Below are positions 61,108 through 64,000 of a stretch of DNA of 64,000 nt, one piece after another. The DNA comes from an uncultured bacterium. GTDB lineage: Bacteria > Armatimonadota > Abditibacteriia > Abditibacteriales > Abditibacteriaceae. The stretch lies in contig CAWJLW010000006.1 in the NCBI GenBank assembly GCA_963843795.1, forward strand, positions 620,001 through 684,000, in the 5' to 3' direction. Numbering within the stretch: position 1 is the stretch's first letter; each line of letters begins with the position of its first letter. A program made the position numbers and the translations under genes. The notes under the pieces were generated by a model. The model saw nothing but the letters and a program-made list of their open reading frames with translations, was not told the DNA's origin and did not search any database.

Positions 61108-62169
61108 TTAAGCCAGACAAACCGTGTGGCCCGAATGCGAAAAGCTGGGATGTTGCAGCACAGTTTCCTGCAAATTGGCGCAGCCTTTCAGTCGACGCAT
61201 GGCGGTTTTCTCGATCTGGCGAATACGCTCGCGCGTCAATTGCATTACATCGCCCACCTCGTCCAGCGTGCGCGCGCAATTGGTGCCATCCAATCCGTAG
61301 CGTAGCGAAAGGACTTGCGCTTCGCGGTCGGTAAGCATATCCATCGCGCGTTGCAGTTCATATTGCAGCGCGCTGCGCGAAGCCATATCCTGCGGCGATT
61401 GGGCGCGATAATCTTCGATGAATTCGGCCAAGACCGAATCGTCTTCTTCACCCATTGAGGCATCGAGAGAAATCGGCTCGCCGCCGCGCTCCATCACTTG
61501 CACGACTTTGTTCGGCGTCCATTGCAAATTGAGAGCAAGCTCTTCGAGCAACGGCTGACGCTGCAAGACCTGAGTCAAGACAACGCGCGCCCGTTCAAGC
61601 TGCGCCACGGCTTCGACCATATGAACCGGTAAGCGCACGTTGCGACCATTTTCGGCAATCGAACGCATCACGGCCTGTCGAATCCAATAGGAAGCATAAG
61701 TCGAGAATTTAAACCCTTTGCGATAATCGAATTTCTTAACCGCGCGAATCAAACCGATGCTGCCTTCTTGAATCAGATCCGACATTTGCAGCGTGGTGCC
61801 CGCGAAGCGGCGGCATTTGCGCGCAATGTTGGCTACTAAACGCAAATTGCATTCGGTCATGCGGGTAAAAGCTTCCTGATCGCCCGCTTCGATGCGGCGC
61901 GCCAGTTCAATTTCTTGCGCACCCGAAAGCAAAGGAAAACTTTGCACGGTCCGCCACCACAATTTGATGGCGGCGTCATCAGATAAATCAACGGTAGCCG
62001 CCAACGAAGCGCCACGCGCGGCACTTTCAATGTTGGTAGATGCTGCCTGATGTGTCGTTGTATCGTGAAATTTGGCGTAATTAGACGAGGTGTTCGGGGA
62101 AGATGTCTGCTGCGTGGAAACAGCGTAGTCGCGTGGCGAAGAAAAGGCGGTTTCAATGGTTTCGGTCAT
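61108..62169 (-). CDS. Sigma-70 family RNA polymerase sigma factor (RpoD/RpoS-like, no region 1.1)
   Basis: NLRLV, DLIQEGSIGLIRAVKKFDYRKGFKFSTYASYWIRQA, RLPVH, TLDEVG..LTRERIRQIE. Confidence 0.92.
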   Translation of the reverse strand: MTETIETAFSSPRDYAVSTQQTSSPNTSSNYAKFHDTTTHQAASTNIESAARGASLAATVDLSDDAAIKLWWRTVQSFPLLSGAQEIELARRIEAGDQEAFTRMTECNLRLVANIARKCRRFAGTTLQMSDLIQEGSIGLIRAVKKFDYRKGFKFSTYASYWIRQAVMRSIAENGRNVRLPVHMVEAVAQLERARVVLTQVLQRQPLLEELALNLQWTPNKVVQVMERGGEPISLDASMGEEDDSVLAEFIEDYRAQSPQDMASRSALQYELQRAMDMLTDREAQVLSLRYGLDGTNCARTLDEVGDVMQLTRERIRQIEKTAMRRLKGCANLQETVLQHPSFSHSGHTVCLA

Positions 62170-62477
62170 AACGCTCCGCTCCTTTGCGAGGGCGCTACAG
62201 CGTTGATCACTTTCAACGTTCAGCGTTGCGCTCGCATTAATAGTTCGTGCGAAACCCGACCTGTTTCGTAACTGATTGTAAATGAACTTTTTGTAAATTG
62301 ACTTTTGGCTGTGCAGAAAAAATGCAGCAGTTCGTGCCCAACAAACCGTTTGGAAGCATTAATTTTCTCCACTTAAAACTTTAACAAGCGCTTGGCAAAG
62401 TGCCTATCAGGAAACTCCTGACTTTTTTCTCAGGCATTTCACCAGAATTTTATTAAAAAATAAACTATTTAGTAATT

Positions 62478-62912
62478 TTATTCAGTAATTTCAGAGGGCG
62501 CCTCGACCCACCATTCGCCGTCGGGCGCGACTTCTTTTTTCCAGATCGGCACACGCTTTTTCAGTGTGTCGATAATCCAGCGGCACGCCTCGAAAGTTTC
62601 GCCACGATGCGCGCCCGCGACCGCAATCATCACGCTCGCTTCACCAATTTTTAGGTGCCCCAGACGGTGACTAATCGCGCAGCGTATCGGCCACTGTTCC
62701 TGAGCCTGCGCGGCGATTTTTTCCAATTCGCGCCGTGCCATCGTCTCGTAACACGAATATTCGAGATAAGAAGTCGCGCTGCTTTCGCCGGTTTCGCGCA
62801 CACCGTAGTCGCGCACCGTGCCGGTGAAGGTTGCGATAGCGCCCGCGCCCGCGTGGGCAACGGCGTTGATTAAAGCGTCCAAACTCAATTTTTCCGTCGT
62901 TAATTCGATCAT
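62478..62912 (-). CDS. moaE: Molybdopterin synthase catalytic subunit
   Basis: GAIATFTGTVRD, LEYSCY, HRLGHL, HR..F, IDTLKKRVPIWKKE. Confidence 0.92.
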   Translation of the reverse strand: MIELTTEKLSLDALINAVAHAGAGAIATFTGTVRDYGVRETGESSATSYLEYSCYETMARRELEKIAAQAQEQWPIRCAISHRLGHLKIGEASVMIAVAGAHRGETFEACRWIIDTLKKRVPIWKKEVAPDGEWWVEAPSEITE

Positions 62913-63071
62913 GCTTTTAATGGCATCACAAAGAAAATGAGCGCTGCAAGTACTTGCGACTGCTTTCGACATTCGCTGAGCCAAAAATTCGCCAGTTTTC
63001 ATCGAATCGAATCATGCATGTGTGCGAAAAAAGCCCTGCAAGTACTTGCGCGGCTTTGTTGTAATTGAATC

Positions 63072-64000
63072 ATGGCTTTTTCCGATTCTTCTTATGCGTC
63101 CGGCACCGTTTCCAGCTTGCTCGATTCCCCACACGTTTCGCCCGCCACGCGCGCGGTTTTACAGGAACGCTTGGCGCCACCCACTGCACCACAATTTTTT
63201 GATGAGGGCGAATTTCGCACGCTGGAAGCGATTTGCGCGCGTCTCTTGCCACAGCCCGACCGCGAAACGCCAATTCCCATCGCTAGCGGAATTGACGAAC
63301 GCTTGCAGCAGAATCGCAGCGATGGTTGGCGCTACGATGTCATGCCGCCCGACCGTGAAAGTTACCGCGATGGTTTGCGTGCTTTGAACGAAATAGCGCG
63401 CAGTGAAAGCGGCGCAACGTTCGTCGCTTTGACGATTGAACAGCAAGACGATTTGCTAGAGCGCGTTCAAAACGGTATCGAATGGAGCGGGCCAAACGCG
63501 CGCTTGTGGTTTGAAGAATTGCTCCATGAGGCGACTGAAAATTACGTTGCGCATCCATTGGCCCATGAAGAAATGGGCTACGCGGGTTTCGCTGATCGTC
63601 CCGGCTGGACGAAAATCGAACTCAACGAGCGCGAAGACCGCGAGCCACCCGAAAATCAGCCCGATTGGGAAGTTCCCGCCGGCTCGCTTTCCAATGGTGA
63701 AGTCGAAGAAATTCAGCACGCCGGAAGCGTTTTTGAATTGCTGGCGGGCGTCGAAATGAAAACTTATGGCACTGACGAAGAAGTTGATGTCATTGTCATT
63801 GGAACCGGCGCGGGCGGCGCTCCGGTACTGGCGCGTTTGGCGGCTGCGGGTCTGAGCGTGGTTGCTTTGGAAGCCGGTCGCTGGTTCCAGCCGCAGCGCG
63901 ATTTTGCGACTGATGAAAAATCGCAGCATCCTTTGTTTTGGAACGACGAGCGTTTGAGCGCGGGCACGCACCCGACGGCATTTGGCAACAACAACAGCGG
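63072..64000 (+). CDS. Fusion of a gluconate-2-dehydrogenase subunit 3-like domain and a GMC oxidoreductase, truncated by window edge
   Basis: Not in the ORF track. Open frame from ATG 63072: 'DGWRYDVMPPD', 'YVAHPLAHEEMGYAGFAD', then in frame 'VDVIVIGTGAGG..VVALEAG'. Confidence 0.8.
   Translation, partial: MAFSDSSYASGTVSSLLDSPHVSPATRAVLQERLAPPTAPQFFDEGEFRTLEAICARLLPQPDRETPIPIASGIDERLQQNRSDGWRYDVMPPDRESYRDGLRALNEIARSESGATFVALTIEQQDDLLERVQNGIEWSGPNARLWFEELLHEATENYVAHPLAHEEMGYAGFADRPGWTKIELNEREDREPPENQPDWEVPAGSLSNGEVEEIQHAGSVFELLAGVEMKTYGTDEEVDVIVIGTGAGGAPVLARLAAAGLSVVALEAGRWFQPQRDFATDEKSQHPLFWNDERLSAGTHPTAFGNNNS

Overview
64 kb of bacterial chromosome. The UBact-proteasome locus and the H-X9-DG prepilin-like genes suggest an Armatimonadota/Abditibacteriota-like lineage (inference). 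Housekeeping content: glnB-glnA, a GlnR-like regulator, ilvD, tRNA(CAT), gpmI, leuS, moaE, a sigma-70 factor, and a dop-UBact-prcB-prcA-pafA operon. The main observations are: (1) a four-gene DUF11 operon (19.4-34.7 kb) whose domain ends are split in a complementary way, with N-terminal 'AGTSIxNxA..SNxV' donor strands and C-terminally truncated acceptor domains, suggesting a strand-complemented, possibly isopeptide-crosslinked fibre with chaperone/cap, shaft, outer-membrane barrel anchor and tip adhesin; (2) a 12-bp palindrome GCAAGTACTTGC present about 43 times by manual count, forming the core of many terminators and always read as Q-V-L-A when an exact copy lies inside a gene; (3) a cobalamin riboswitch in front of a prepilin-like H-X9-DG gene; (4) an 11-bp-phased array of actinobacterial-type GlnR boxes upstream of glnB-glnA. 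Five frameshifts in four genes, including gpmI, suggest sequencing or assembly errors. Coordinates and counts were read by eye; family assignments come from recognised motifs, not database searches.
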